Virus record (IMG/VR): IMGVR_UViG_3300030735_000039 | Direction: 5' to 3' (one strand) | Origin: a virus | Length of the DNA: 44,238 bases | In this document: positions 1 to 6,999 of the stretch, one piece after another | Numbering within the stretch: position 1 is the stretch's first letter | Layout of the letters: every line of letters begins with the position of its first letter | Position numbers and translations under genes: made by a program | The notes under the pieces: generated by a model | Seen by the model: the letters and a program-made list of their open reading frames with translations, nothing else | What the model was told of the DNA's origin: nothing | Databases searched by the model: none

Positions 1-99
1 GCCTTGGACTTGACGAGGTGGCATGGGCCGCAGATCAGGCCGAGGTTGTCGAGGTCCTCGACGGCTCCGCCCTCGAAGATCGGCGTGATGTGGTCCAGC
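1..99. repeat. Terminal overlap, identical to 44140..44238 (circular closure)
   Basis: Base-by-base comparison of the first 99 nt with the last 99 nt shows identity. An ORF continues in frame across the junction. Confidence 0.95.
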
Positions 100-353
100 T
101 CGTGCTGGTGCTCGCCGTCGGGGTCGTCGTCGAGGCTGGGCTGTTCGTCGCCGCATCGGTAGCAGCATCCATTGTCACGTGCTGTGACGTAACGCTTGAG
201 CGTGCGCCATCTGCCCGAGCTGATGCCGTACCTGCTGGCCTTGTCGTCCCTGCCTGCCCATGGGATGGGCTGGTGGTCGTCGCATCTGCCTCGCTTGGTA
301 GCGAAGACAGAGCATCGGGGGTCAGAGCACCGGGAGGGGGGCCGGGTAGGCAC
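1..353 (-). CDS. HNH endonuclease, 5' part (full gene = 353..1 joined to 44139..44097, 131 aa)
   Basis: Manual translation gives ...RCSDPRCSVFATKRGRCDDHQP...NGCCYRCGDEQPSLDDDPDGEHQHELDHITPIFEGGAVEDLDNLGLICGPCHLVKSKA. This contains the CxxC, H-N-H and CxxH motifs. The only in-frame start after the stop at 432..434 is GTG 353. The position just upstream of terS is typical of HK97-like cos phages. Confidence 0.85.
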   Translation of the reverse strand, partial: MPTRPPSRCSDPRCSVFATKRGRCDDHQPIPWAGRDDKASRYGISSGRWRTLKRYVTARDNGCCYRCGDEQPSLDDDPDGEHQHELDHITPIFEGGAVEDLDNLGLICGPCHLVKSK

Positions 354-540
354 GGGGGGTACCTCCCGGGGGTGGTGTGGGGGCGTCAGGTGGTGGTGGG
401 GGCAGCATGGGCAGCGTGTTGCATGTCCCCTTCAGGCACGTCTGGTGCCCCTCGGCGGACAGGTGTACGTGCTTCCCTGCCTTGGCGAGCAGGTGGGCGG
501 CCTCTACAGCGTCTCTGGGCGCTTCAGGGCGAGCGGGCAT
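322..540 (-). CDS. Hypothetical small protein with proline-rich C-terminus
   Basis: ATG 540 is preceded by AGGGAGGTG. The 72-aa product ends PPPPPDAPTPPPGGTPRAYPAPLPVL. Its 3' end overlaps the HNH GTG start by 32 nt. No family recognised. Confidence 0.5.
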   Translation of the reverse strand: MPARPEAPRDAVEAAHLLAKAGKHVHLSAEGHQTCLKGTCNTLPMLPPPPPDAPTPPPGGTPRAYPAPLPVL

Positions 541-564
541 GACACCTCCCTGATGGCACGACAA

Positions 565-592
565 AGCCCCCGGGTTCAGGTCACCGGGGGCT
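565..592 (-). terminator. Stem-loop (9-bp GC stem AGCCCCCGG/CCGGGGGCT) after the HTH gene, followed by TTTG on the transcribed strand
   Basis: Inverted repeat read directly. It lies in the 127-bp gap between CDS 668..967 and CDS 322..540. Confidence 0.5.
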
Positions 593-667
593 CTGTCGTG
601 AGTGATATGGGTGCCATCTGAGGGCACAGTTGTACACCCGGATCGTCACACGGCGCCTGACCTGCGG

Positions 668-967
668 TCAAGCGACGCTGCGTTGTCGGCGCTCCGCGAG
701 TAGGGCGGCAACGTCAGCCGAGGCGTACCAGGGGTACCGGGCGGTGCCTCCGGCCTTGGCGATGCGGCCTCGGTAGACGAGGTTGCGGAGGGCTCCGGGG
801 GTGATCCCGAGAGCGCGTGTCACGTCGGCGGCGGTGTAGTAGCCAGGGGGCGCTTCCATGCCTCCATGATGCCCAGGGAGGGAGGCGTCGAAGGGGAGGA
901 TGAGCCCTTGTTTCCCGGGCTCTGCTGCCTCCGATGCGGTGCCTCCCTTGCCTCCCTGACTGGCCAT
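668..967 (-). CDS. Helix-turn-helix DNA-binding protein (excisionase/MerR-like HTH_17 type)
   Basis: YYTAADVTRALGITPGALRNLVYRGRIAKAG...YPWYASADVAALL resembles excisionase-family HTH domains. The start is uncertain (967, or ATG 859). Confidence 0.65.
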   Translation of the reverse strand: MASQGGKGGTASEAAEPGKQGLILPFDASLPGHHGGMEAPPGYYTAADVTRALGITPGALRNLVYRGRIAKAGGTARYPWYASADVAALLAERRQRSVA

Positions 968-1040
968 TTGCGCAGGTCATGCACAGGGAGGCAGGTCGGG
1001 GAGGCTGGTAGGGAGAACTCCCCGGGATCCTGGCGCCTCC

Positions 1041-3164
1041 CTACTCGTCGAAGTCGTCCTCATCGTCGGTCGCGCGGTCGGCGATGGCTTCGGCGACGCG
1101 CTGTCGACTGACGTGCATGACGCCGCTGGTCTTGTACTCGCCGTGCCCGGCGTCGTCCAGGACGCGCTTCAGGTCGCGGAATGACCAGCCGTCGTACTCG
1201 CCCGGGTTGTGGTCGCCGAGCCGGTGCAGGACGTCTTGCGTGCGCAGCTTCGTCTCGTTGCCGAGGACGGTCAGGATGTCGGCGAGGTGGTCCGCCGGCG
1301 CGTAGGCGGTCACCTCCGGGTCCGCGGTTCCCTCGACCAGTCCCATGGCGCGCTCGACGACCGGGGTGACCTCGTCGATGCCCTTGTCGGGGTCGCGGGC
1401 GACGTAGTGGGCGCGGACCACCTCGAACGGCTTGCCGCTGAACCCCACGGTCACAGCCGTACCGACGTCCTCGCCGGGAATCAGCGTGGTCGCGGTGATC
1501 CCGGCCTTGTGTCGGCCGGAGCCGAGCAGCCCGTCATTGGCGACGTGGTCACCGACGGCGAACGCGACACGGTGGGAGGTATTGCGGGTGACGTCGCGCG
1601 GGAGGCTGTCGGCGGTCGGGGAGACGGTGACCCAGACGAGGGTGATGGCCGTCTTGCGGGCCTTCTTCATCACCTTGATGGCCAGTTCAGCGGCCTCTTT
1701 GCCGTACTCCTTGTGCATGAACAGCTCGTGGCACTCGTCGAACACGACGACCTTGGGCCGCATCCGCGGATCCTTCAGGGCCAGTTCGCGGGTGACCTTC
1801 GTGGCGCCGTCGCCGAGTTCCTCCAGCAGCTTGCCCCGCATCGTCACCTCGTCCCGCAGGCTGCGCAGGGCCTTCAGAGCGGCCTCGATGTCCTCGTCGT
1901 CGTCGCCCTTGACCAGCGTCTTCAGGCGGGGCTTCAGCGGGTCGTAGTCGGTGTTGTACGCCATGACGTACGCCTCGACGATGACGAGCGGGTCGAGGAT
2001 CGCACCGAGCAGCAGGGCGATGACCAGGGACGACTTACCCGAGCCCATGATGCCGCCGACCATGTAGTTGGCGGCCATGAGCTTGCCGATGATGGGCTCG
2101 CCGCGCTGGGAGACGGCGACGGGCACGCCCTTGAAGTAGTCCGTGACGCCCTCGGTGAGGAGCGGCCACGGCGGGACTGCGCCGGAGAGGGAGCCCTGGT
2201 CGGCGACCCACAGGTCGAGGACGCCGGGCTGCTTCGGGGGTTCGGTCGGCCACACCTCGACGGGCTTGCGCATGAGGTTGTGGGCGAGGACGTTCTTCTT
2301 CCCGGCGATCATCTCGACGGTGACGCCGAGCGGGAGTTGCAGCTGGGTGTGCCAGCCGTTCCCGGACCGGCTGGTCGGGGACACCCAGCGCGGCTGCCAG
2401 CCGTCCTTGATGGCCTTGTTGAGCGGGGCGATGCCGAGGTTGCCGAGCGCGCGGAGGATGGCGCCCTCGTCGGGGACGACGTCGCGCTGCTCGGGGTCGC
2501 CGGGCAGTGCCCAGGCCGGGGCGGTCTGCCGGTGCCGTCCGACGGCCCACACCCCGGCGAGGGCGATGAACGGCAGGGCGACGAGGAGCGGGTCCCAGAT
2601 GACGCCGGCGATGAATGCGACCCAGGCGACGAACTCGATGACGGTGGCGAGCGGGGTGAGGACGTCGCTGACGTCGTGGTTGGCCCAGGCGAGCATGATG
2701 CCGAGCAGCAGCAGGACGCCGGCCCCGGCGGTGGCGCCCATGAACAGGGCCTTCGGGGCGTTGATGGCCAGCTGGAGGAGTTCCATGCGCCGCCGGTGGC
2801 GGGACTGCCGGAAGATGTAGGCGCGCTGCTCCCAGTCACGGGCGACGTCTTCCTGACCTGCGGCTTCGGCGGCTCGCATCATGCGTTCGTGGCGGGCGGT
2901 GGTGCGGGAGTCCCAGGCCCGGCGGGTCAGCAGGCGGGCGCCGCCGACGACGTAGGCGCCGTGTCGGACGACGGCCCTGTAGGAGCCGTGCTCGCGGGCC
3001 TCGACGACGACGCGCCGCAGGTGGTCGATGCGGACGCGGCGGCGGGGCCGCAGCTTGTCCTCAACAACCGTCTCGGGGGCCGGGGCGGGCGCGGGGGCGA
3101 GTTTGAGGAGGGACACCTGCGGCTGGTGGTGTCCGTTGACGCGTTCCAGGGTCGTGTCCGTCAT
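1041..3164 (-). CDS. FtsK/SpoIIIE-family dsDNA translocase, TraB/TraSA-like (N-terminal membrane segments, P-loop motor, C-terminal winged-helix-like tail)
   Basis: Walker A is GGIMGSGKSS and Walker B is VVVFDECHELF. Hydrophobic helices are present near residues 140-215 (LFMGATAGAGVLLLLGIMLAW, VAWVAFIAGVIWDPLLVALPFIALAGVWAV). The tail is acidic and wHTH-like. GGAGAG lies upstream of ATG 3164. Confidence 0.9.
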   Translation of the reverse strand: MTDTTLERVNGHHQPQVSLLKLAPAPAPAPETVVEDKLRPRRRVRIDHLRRVVVEAREHGSYRAVVRHGAYVVGGARLLTRRAWDSRTTARHERMMRAAEAAGQEDVARDWEQRAYIFRQSRHRRRMELLQLAINAPKALFMGATAGAGVLLLLGIMLAWANHDVSDVLTPLATVIEFVAWVAFIAGVIWDPLLVALPFIALAGVWAVGRHRQTAPAWALPGDPEQRDVVPDEGAILRALGNLGIAPLNKAIKDGWQPRWVSPTSRSGNGWHTQLQLPLGVTVEMIAGKKNVLAHNLMRKPVEVWPTEPPKQPGVLDLWVADQGSLSGAVPPWPLLTEGVTDYFKGVPVAVSQRGEPIIGKLMAANYMVGGIMGSGKSSLVIALLLGAILDPLVIVEAYVMAYNTDYDPLKPRLKTLVKGDDDEDIEAALKALRSLRDEVTMRGKLLEELGDGATKVTRELALKDPRMRPKVVVFDECHELFMHKEYGKEAAELAIKVMKKARKTAITLVWVTVSPTADSLPRDVTRNTSHRVAFAVGDHVANDGLLGSGRHKAGITATTLIPGEDVGTAVTVGFSGKPFEVVRAHYVARDPDKGIDEVTPVVERAMGLVEGTADPEVTAYAPADHLADILTVLGNETKLRTQDVLHRLGDHNPGEYDGWSFRDLKRVLDDAGHGEYKTSGVMHVSRQRVAEAIADRATDDEDDFDE

Positions 3165-3202
3165 GCTGGTCTCTCCGGTCGTTCTGTTGGGCGGTCCGGG
3201 GC

Positions 3203-3243
3203 CCGGGGACGGTCACGGCTTGGCAGTTGTGGGCCGTCCCCGG
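3203..3243 (-). promoter_or_regulatory. 10-bp GC stem (CCGGGGACGG/CCGTCCCCGG) with 21-nt loop immediately upstream of the TraB-like gene
   Basis: Inverted repeat read directly in the 86-bp gap between CDS 3251..3424 and the TraB-like start. Confidence 0.4.
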
Positions 3244-3250
3244 GGTGGAG

Positions 3251-3424
3251 CTACTTGCTCTTGCGGCGGAGCGCCTGCTTCTCGATCCGCTCGACCTTGC
3301 GCTTCAGGTCGGACAGGTCGACGCCGTCACCGGCCAGGCCGCGCTTCGCCATCCGGGCGGTGAGGGCGGCGACGCGGAGCTTTTCGCCGGTGGTGAAGTC
3401 GCTGAACTTGATGTCGTCGGCCAC
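3251..3424 (-). CDS. Hypothetical small basic/coiled protein (57 aa)
   Basis: GTG 3424 is preceded by GAGGGAG. The product is VADDIKFSDFTTGEKLRVAALTARMAKRG...IEKQALRRKSK. Codon bias looks coding. Confidence 0.55.
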   Translation of the reverse strand: MADDIKFSDFTTGEKLRVAALTARMAKRGLAGDGVDLSDLKRKVERIEKQALRRKSK

Positions 3425-3504
3425 GGGGTCTCCCTCGGTTGTGGGCCGGGCTGTCCGGCCCCACCGCACCCCCGCGAACGTGCCGCGGGGGACGGAAGGG
3501 CAGG

Positions 3505-3828
3505 TCAGCGGCCCTTGCGCTGCATGTCGCGCCACATGTCCCGCAGGACGAGGACGACGATCGCGGCGACGCCGCCGAGGATGGCCAGCGCGAGGGAGGC
3601 GAACGCCAGGCCGATGGAGCCGACACACACCGCGCACGCGATGCCCATCCACTCGCCCGCGCTGCGGGGGGCCTTGTGGTCGTGCTGGCACTGCTGCTGC
3701 GGTACTTGGGCCTGCTGCTGCGTGGCCAGCTTCGCCAGCTCCATCGCGGCCATGGCCAGCTGGACGGCGGCGGTGTCGGTCTCGGCAGCCCGGACCGCCT
3801 GCTCGGCCTTGTCGAGGGCGTCGCTCAC
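3505..3828 (-). CDS. C-terminally membrane-anchored protein (107 aa), Spd-like position
   Basis: GTG 3828 overlaps the upstream stop (GTGA). The product has a Gln-rich middle and a C-terminal hydrophobic stretch GIACAVCVGSIGLAFASLALAILGGVAAIVVLVL. Confidence 0.6.
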   Translation of the reverse strand: MSDALDKAEQAVRAAETDTAAVQLAMAAMELAKLATQQQAQVPQQQCQHDHKAPRSAGEWMGIACAVCVGSIGLAFASLALAILGGVAAIVVLVLRDMWRDMQRKGR

Positions 3829-4001
3829 CGGGCCCACCCCCTGATGCGGCGGGTGATGCGCGGCCAGGCGATGATCCCGGCGGCGACCATGAGGACGACC
3901 GGCTGCGACATAAGCGCGACAGCCATGGCGAGGACGCCGGAGAGCAGCGAGGGGTAGACGACGAGGAGCCCGAGGAGGGCGCCGAAGATGAGGCGCATCA
4001 T
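3825..4001 (-). CDS. Small two-helix membrane protein (58 aa), Spd-like position; not in supplied ORF track
   Basis: Manual translation gives MMRLIFGALLGLLVVYPSLLSGVLAMAVALMSQPVVLMVAAGIIAWPRITRRIRGWAR. The ATGA overlap with the stop of 3998..5122 and the GTGA overlap with the next gene support it. Confidence 0.6.
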   Translation of the reverse strand: MMRLIFGALLGLLVVYPSLLSGVLAMAVALMSQPVVLMVAAGIIAWPRITRRIRGWAR

Positions 4002-5122
4002 GCGTATCCGCCTTCCATCGGCGTGGCCGGGGGCTCCGCCACGGTCTTCTTCGCCGCCCGAGAGAGAGCGGTCCGGACGTAGGGCTCGGCAACGACGAGG
4101 CGCCGGTGTTCGGCGATGTGCTCTGCGATCTCGCGGGCTGATGCGTCGGTGCCGAGAGCGGATGCGGCCTCGATCACGATGCCTTCCATCGTGAGGGGTT
4201 CGAGGGCCGGTACCGACCCGTTGACCTGCTGATGCGTGGGCGCATCCACCTGATGCGCTTCGTACTCGGCGGGCCGGTGGCCGAGGACCAGGGCGACCGC
4301 CACGGCGTCCACGACGACCCCGTAGTCGCCGAGCACGTGGGCGAGTTCGGCGGGGGGCGCATCAGGTCGCGCATCCGCCGCCAACCGGATCGCATCCGCG
4401 GGGTCCATCTCTGCGAAGCGTGCGCGCAGCACCTCTGTGGCGGAGGCCGTACGGGGCCGGGCGGGCGGCTCGATGGCCGGCGCCTTGCCGTACATTCCGC
4501 CGAGCGCGGTGTCCGCGCCCTCGGTGATGCGCACGCGCTGCACGTCGACCAGGGCCGCGCCGAGCTGGGCGTCACCGACCCCGACCTTCTTCGCGATGGC
4601 CCACGACTCTCTGAGTGCGTCCTCGCGGACTTCCTCGTCGGGGTGGTGGGCGGCGACGGCCTGGTGGTACGCCAGCTGCTGCACGGCGTCTGCGTTCCGG
4701 CGCTGCGCCTCGGCGTCGACGCCGGTCCGGTAGACGACGATCCGGCGGGCGATCAGGCCCAGACCCTCGGCAGCCCCGCTCATGGCGAGCGGGGTGATGG
4801 CGTACACGACGGCCTCGCGGACGCTGGTGGCGATCAGGACGCCGGTCACGCAGGCGCCGGCCGGGGCGAGCCACAGCCCGATCCGTACGGCGGCCGGGGC
4901 GGACTGCCCGAGCATCGTCAGGCCGAGCATGGTGAGCGCGAGGACCAGGGCGAGGCCCTCGCCGGCGGCGACGACACCGGCCGCGGTGGCCCCGCGGTGG
5001 AACTGCGCCTCCACGTTGGAGTACGTACCCCATGCGCCGAAGCCTCCGACGCCCAGCATGACGACGGCCGCAGCAGTGAGGACGGCGGTCTGGCCCTTGG
5101 ACAGTTCGCGACGGGTGCTCAC
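3998..5122 (-). CDS. Multi-pass membrane protein with long cytoplasmic C-terminal region (DUF2637/SpdB-like by position and topology; low-confidence family call)
   Basis: Four N-terminal hydrophobic helices (VLTAAAVVMLGVGGFGAW, GVVAAGEGLALVLALTMLGLTMLG, IGLWLAPAGACVTGVLIA, VVYAITPLAMSGAAEGLGLIA) are followed by about 230 soluble residues. GTG 5122 overlaps the upstream stop (GTGA). Confidence 0.7.
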   Translation of the reverse strand: MSTRRELSKGQTAVLTAAAVVMLGVGGFGAWGTYSNVEAQFHRGATAAGVVAAGEGLALVLALTMLGLTMLGQSAPAAVRIGLWLAPAGACVTGVLIATSVREAVVYAITPLAMSGAAEGLGLIARRIVVYRTGVDAEAQRRNADAVQQLAYHQAVAAHHPDEEVREDALRESWAIAKKVGVGDAQLGAALVDVQRVRITEGADTALGGMYGKAPAIEPPARPRTASATEVLRARFAEMDPADAIRLAADARPDAPPAELAHVLGDYGVVVDAVAVALVLGHRPAEYEAHQVDAPTHQQVNGSVPALEPLTMEGIVIEAASALGTDASAREIAEHIAEHRRLVVAEPYVRTALSRAAKKTVAEPPATPMEGGYA

Positions 5123-5778
5123 TGGTCATCACCCGGGCGGCGGTTCTCGGCGTGGCTGAGCTGCGAGGGCTGAGTACGCGGGCCGTCAACCCACGGGAAC
5201 GGGCGGATGCCCTGGGCGGCCTTGAAGACACGGATGGCGGTGCCAGCCTCGGCGTGGGGGAGGCCGTAGACGCGTCCGCCGTCGAGGCTGGCGAGGAGGC
5301 GGGCGCCGTGCTGCTCGCACCCGTCCGCGCCCGCGTTCTGGGCGTCGAGGACGGTGACGACGGGCGGGCCGTCGCACGGGGTGGGGTCGTCGCCGTGCGC
5401 GGCCGGGCAGCGGGCGCTCAACTCCATAGTCGCGGCTACGGCCTCGGTCGCGTCCTCGATCAGGTGGGCGTCGTCCCTGTGGTCCTGGGCGCGGCGGTCA
5501 GCGCTGCTCGCGTAGTCGTCGCGGCACAGCCGGTGCAGCTCGGTGACGGCCGGCTGCACGGTTTTGGTGTCCGGCTCGGCGCCGAGGGCGTGCAGCAGGA
5601 TGCGGATCGATTCGGAGAGGGCACCGTGGGCCTGGGCGTAGCCGAACTCGCCGAAGGTGCTGGTGTCGCTGTAGGCGGCGAGCATCTTCTGCGCGACGCG
5701 GATGGCGACGGTGAGGTCGCTGGGCTCGACAGCCCGAGGGATGGTGCTGCTCGGGGCAGCGGGCATGGAAAGATCCAT
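5119..5778 (-). CDS. Hypothetical protein (219 aa)
   Basis: A strong AAGGAGAA lies 8 nt upstream of ATG 5778. Codon bias looks coding. No family recognised. Confidence 0.65.
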   Translation of the reverse strand: MDLSMPAAPSSTIPRAVEPSDLTVAIRVAQKMLAAYSDTSTFGEFGYAQAHGALSESIRILLHALGAEPDTKTVQPAVTELHRLCRDDYASSADRRAQDHRDDAHLIEDATEAVAATMELSARCPAAHGDDPTPCDGPPVVTVLDAQNAGADGCEQHGARLLASLDGGRVYGLPHAEAGTAIRVFKAAQGIRPFPWVDGPRTQPSQLSHAENRRPGDDQ

Positions 5779-5871
5779 GGCAGCCGTTCTCCTTGCTTGC
5801 TCAAGGGTTCGGTCAGGCCCTGCCTTGGTGGTGACACACCTCGGTAGGGCCGCTTAGTTTTAGCTGGTCTA

Positions 5872-5885
5872 GGTGGCTAGCCACC
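5872..5885. promoter_or_regulatory. Perfect 14-bp palindrome GGTGGCTAGCCACC in the divergent promoter region between 5778(-) and 5938(+)
   Basis: Read directly. It lies in a locally AT-richer 160-bp gap. Confidence 0.45.
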
Positions 5886-5937
5886 ACTCTACGCACGCCC
5901 ATGGACGGGTGGCAATACACCGTGCGAAGATTCGGCT

Positions 5938-6117
5938 ATGCCCTCCGTTCACAGGAACCCCGCGAAGACTTTCCGCCCCGATCCCGACCTGTACGAGCGG
6001 GCCAAAGGCGCGGTCGCCGAGGTCGGGTCGGACATGAACGGACACCTAGTCGCATTCCTTCGCTGGCTCACACACGAGACGGACGACCTTCCGCAGCGCC
6101 CCGAGCGCCCCGAGTAG
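5938..6117 (+). CDS. Ribbon-helix-helix (CopG/Arc/MetJ-like) small DNA-binding protein, 59 aa; not in supplied ORF track
   Basis: Manual translation gives MPSVHRNPAKTFRPDPDLYERAKGAVAEVGSDMNGHLVAFLRWLTHETDDLPQRPERPE. This fits a beta-strand, helix, G-x-D turn, helix layout. About 83% of third positions are G/C. The overlapping listed ORF 5901..6143 is in another frame and is Arg-rich. Confidence 0.6.
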   Translation: MPSVHRNPAKTFRPDPDLYERAKGAVAEVGSDMNGHLVAFLRWLTHETDDLPQRPERPE

Positions 6118-6736
6118 AAGTGCCGTCCTCCTCGGGCTGGTAGTGCCGGAGCAGCAGCAGATCCGTCTCCGACCGGTAGGCCGTCCCGCACCAGCGGCAC
6201 GCCACCGATTCGCCGGGCAGGCGGGACAGGACCGCCCCGCACACGGTGCCCTGATCGTCTGTGACGGCCACGCACAGGCCGAGCCGCTGTCGGCGCGGTG
6301 CCGGGTCGCCGACGACCGAGCGGGCCTGTGTCTCCAGCGTCCAGACCTCGCGGGCGAGGTCACCGGCCGCCGGGTAGCTGGACGTGATCCAGTCGAGTTC
6401 CCGGGCTAGCCATCGGCAGTCGTCGGCGAGGGTGCCTGCGGGTACGGCCCCGCGGTGGGGCCACCGGATGCGGCGGACGTCGGTGCGCCACGATCGCATG
6501 ACCTCGGTGGCGCGGCCCCAGTTGACCGTGTCGATGACGTCCTCGTCGATGGGGGACTGCGGGCCGGCCGCGCTCTTGGTGGCGATGATCTCGCCCCAGC
6601 TGGATCGGCGGGGCACGAGGCACTCGCCGACCTCGGCGTACAGGGTGGGCAGTTCGGCCAGACGCGCGGCCAGCTGCTCCCTGTGCCGGTTGCACAGGTA
6701 GCCGCTGGCCGCGTTGCCGCACAGTTCGCAGGTCAC
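6068..6736 (-). CDS. Hypothetical protein with N- and C-terminal Cys clusters (zinc-ribbon-like)
   Basis: GTG 6736 overlaps the upstream stop (GTGA). Motifs are VTCELCGNAASGYLCNRH at the N-terminus and CGAVLSRLPGESVACRWCG near the C-terminus. Confidence 0.65.
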   Translation of the reverse strand: MTCELCGNAASGYLCNRHREQLAARLAELPTLYAEVGECLVPRRSSWGEIIATKSAAGPQSPIDEDVIDTVNWGRATEVMRSWRTDVRRIRWPHRGAVPAGTLADDCRWLARELDWITSSYPAAGDLAREVWTLETQARSVVGDPAPRRQRLGLCVAVTDDQGTVCGAVLSRLPGESVACRWCGTAYRSETDLLLLRHYQPEEDGTSTRGARGAAEGRPSRV

Positions 6737-6999
6737 GGGGCGCTGTTCTCCTCGGGTGAAGCGATCAGGTGACGCACGTTGGCGGCCACGGGGTGTATGG
6801 CGGTGGGCTCTTTGGCCAACTTCCGCGCGCCCTCGTTGAGCTGGTCGCACCAGCGGGTCAGCCGCTCGATGGCGGCCTCAGCCTTCTCCGCCCGCTCCTT
6901 CCAGCGGTCGCCGCGCCTCCAGCCCTCGTTGGCGTTCTCGTACAGGTCGTCCAGGGCGTCATCGGTGATCGTGTCGGCGGTGTACCTCGGCCTGCTCAT
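6733..6999 (-). CDS. Hypothetical protein (88 aa)
   Basis: ATG 6999 overlaps the upstream stop (ATGA). The product is MSRPRYTADTITDDALDDLYENANEGW... Codon bias looks coding. Confidence 0.65.
   Translation of the reverse strand: MSRPRYTADTITDDALDDLYENANEGWRRGDRWKERAEKAEAAIERLTRWCDQLNEGARKLAKEPTAIHPVAANVRHLIASPEENSAP

Noticed and set aside
1-99. Biological direct terminal repeat, LTR or cos ends
   Set aside because: The HNH ORF runs through the junction in frame, and the repeat is exactly 99 bp at the extreme ends. This is most simply an assembly circularisation overlap. It cannot be fully excluded without read data.
968-1040. Three CCTCCC/GGGAGG units downstream of the TraB-like gene as a possible clt/TRS transfer locus
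   Set aside because: The units are short, few in number, and indistinguishable from Shine-Dalgarno-like purine runs. No 8-bp TRS-type repeat cluster could be established by eye.
1209-4082. 957-aa plus-strand ORF, and similar giants at 22449..25085 (878 aa), 28622..31099 (825 aa), 40021..41934 (637 aa) and 8567..10261 (564 aa)
   Set aside because: These lie antisense to genes with clear motifs (TraB-like, tailspike, TMP, portal, helicase). Their products are Arg/Gly/Ala/Pro-rich low-complexity sequence. They are typical shadow ORFs of very GC-rich DNA, where stop codons are rare in all frames.
5861-5871. TGGTCTAG resembling half of a DasR/HutC-type dre operator, as a possible remote site for the GntR regulator
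   Set aside because: It is a single half-site with no matching inverted half, and it does not resemble the CTGTACTCAGAT repeats at the regulator's own promoter.
5901-6143. 80-aa plus-strand ORF from the track
   Set aside because: It is Arg-rich and looks wrong-frame. The +1-shifted frame 5938..6117 has much better codon bias and an RHH-like sequence.
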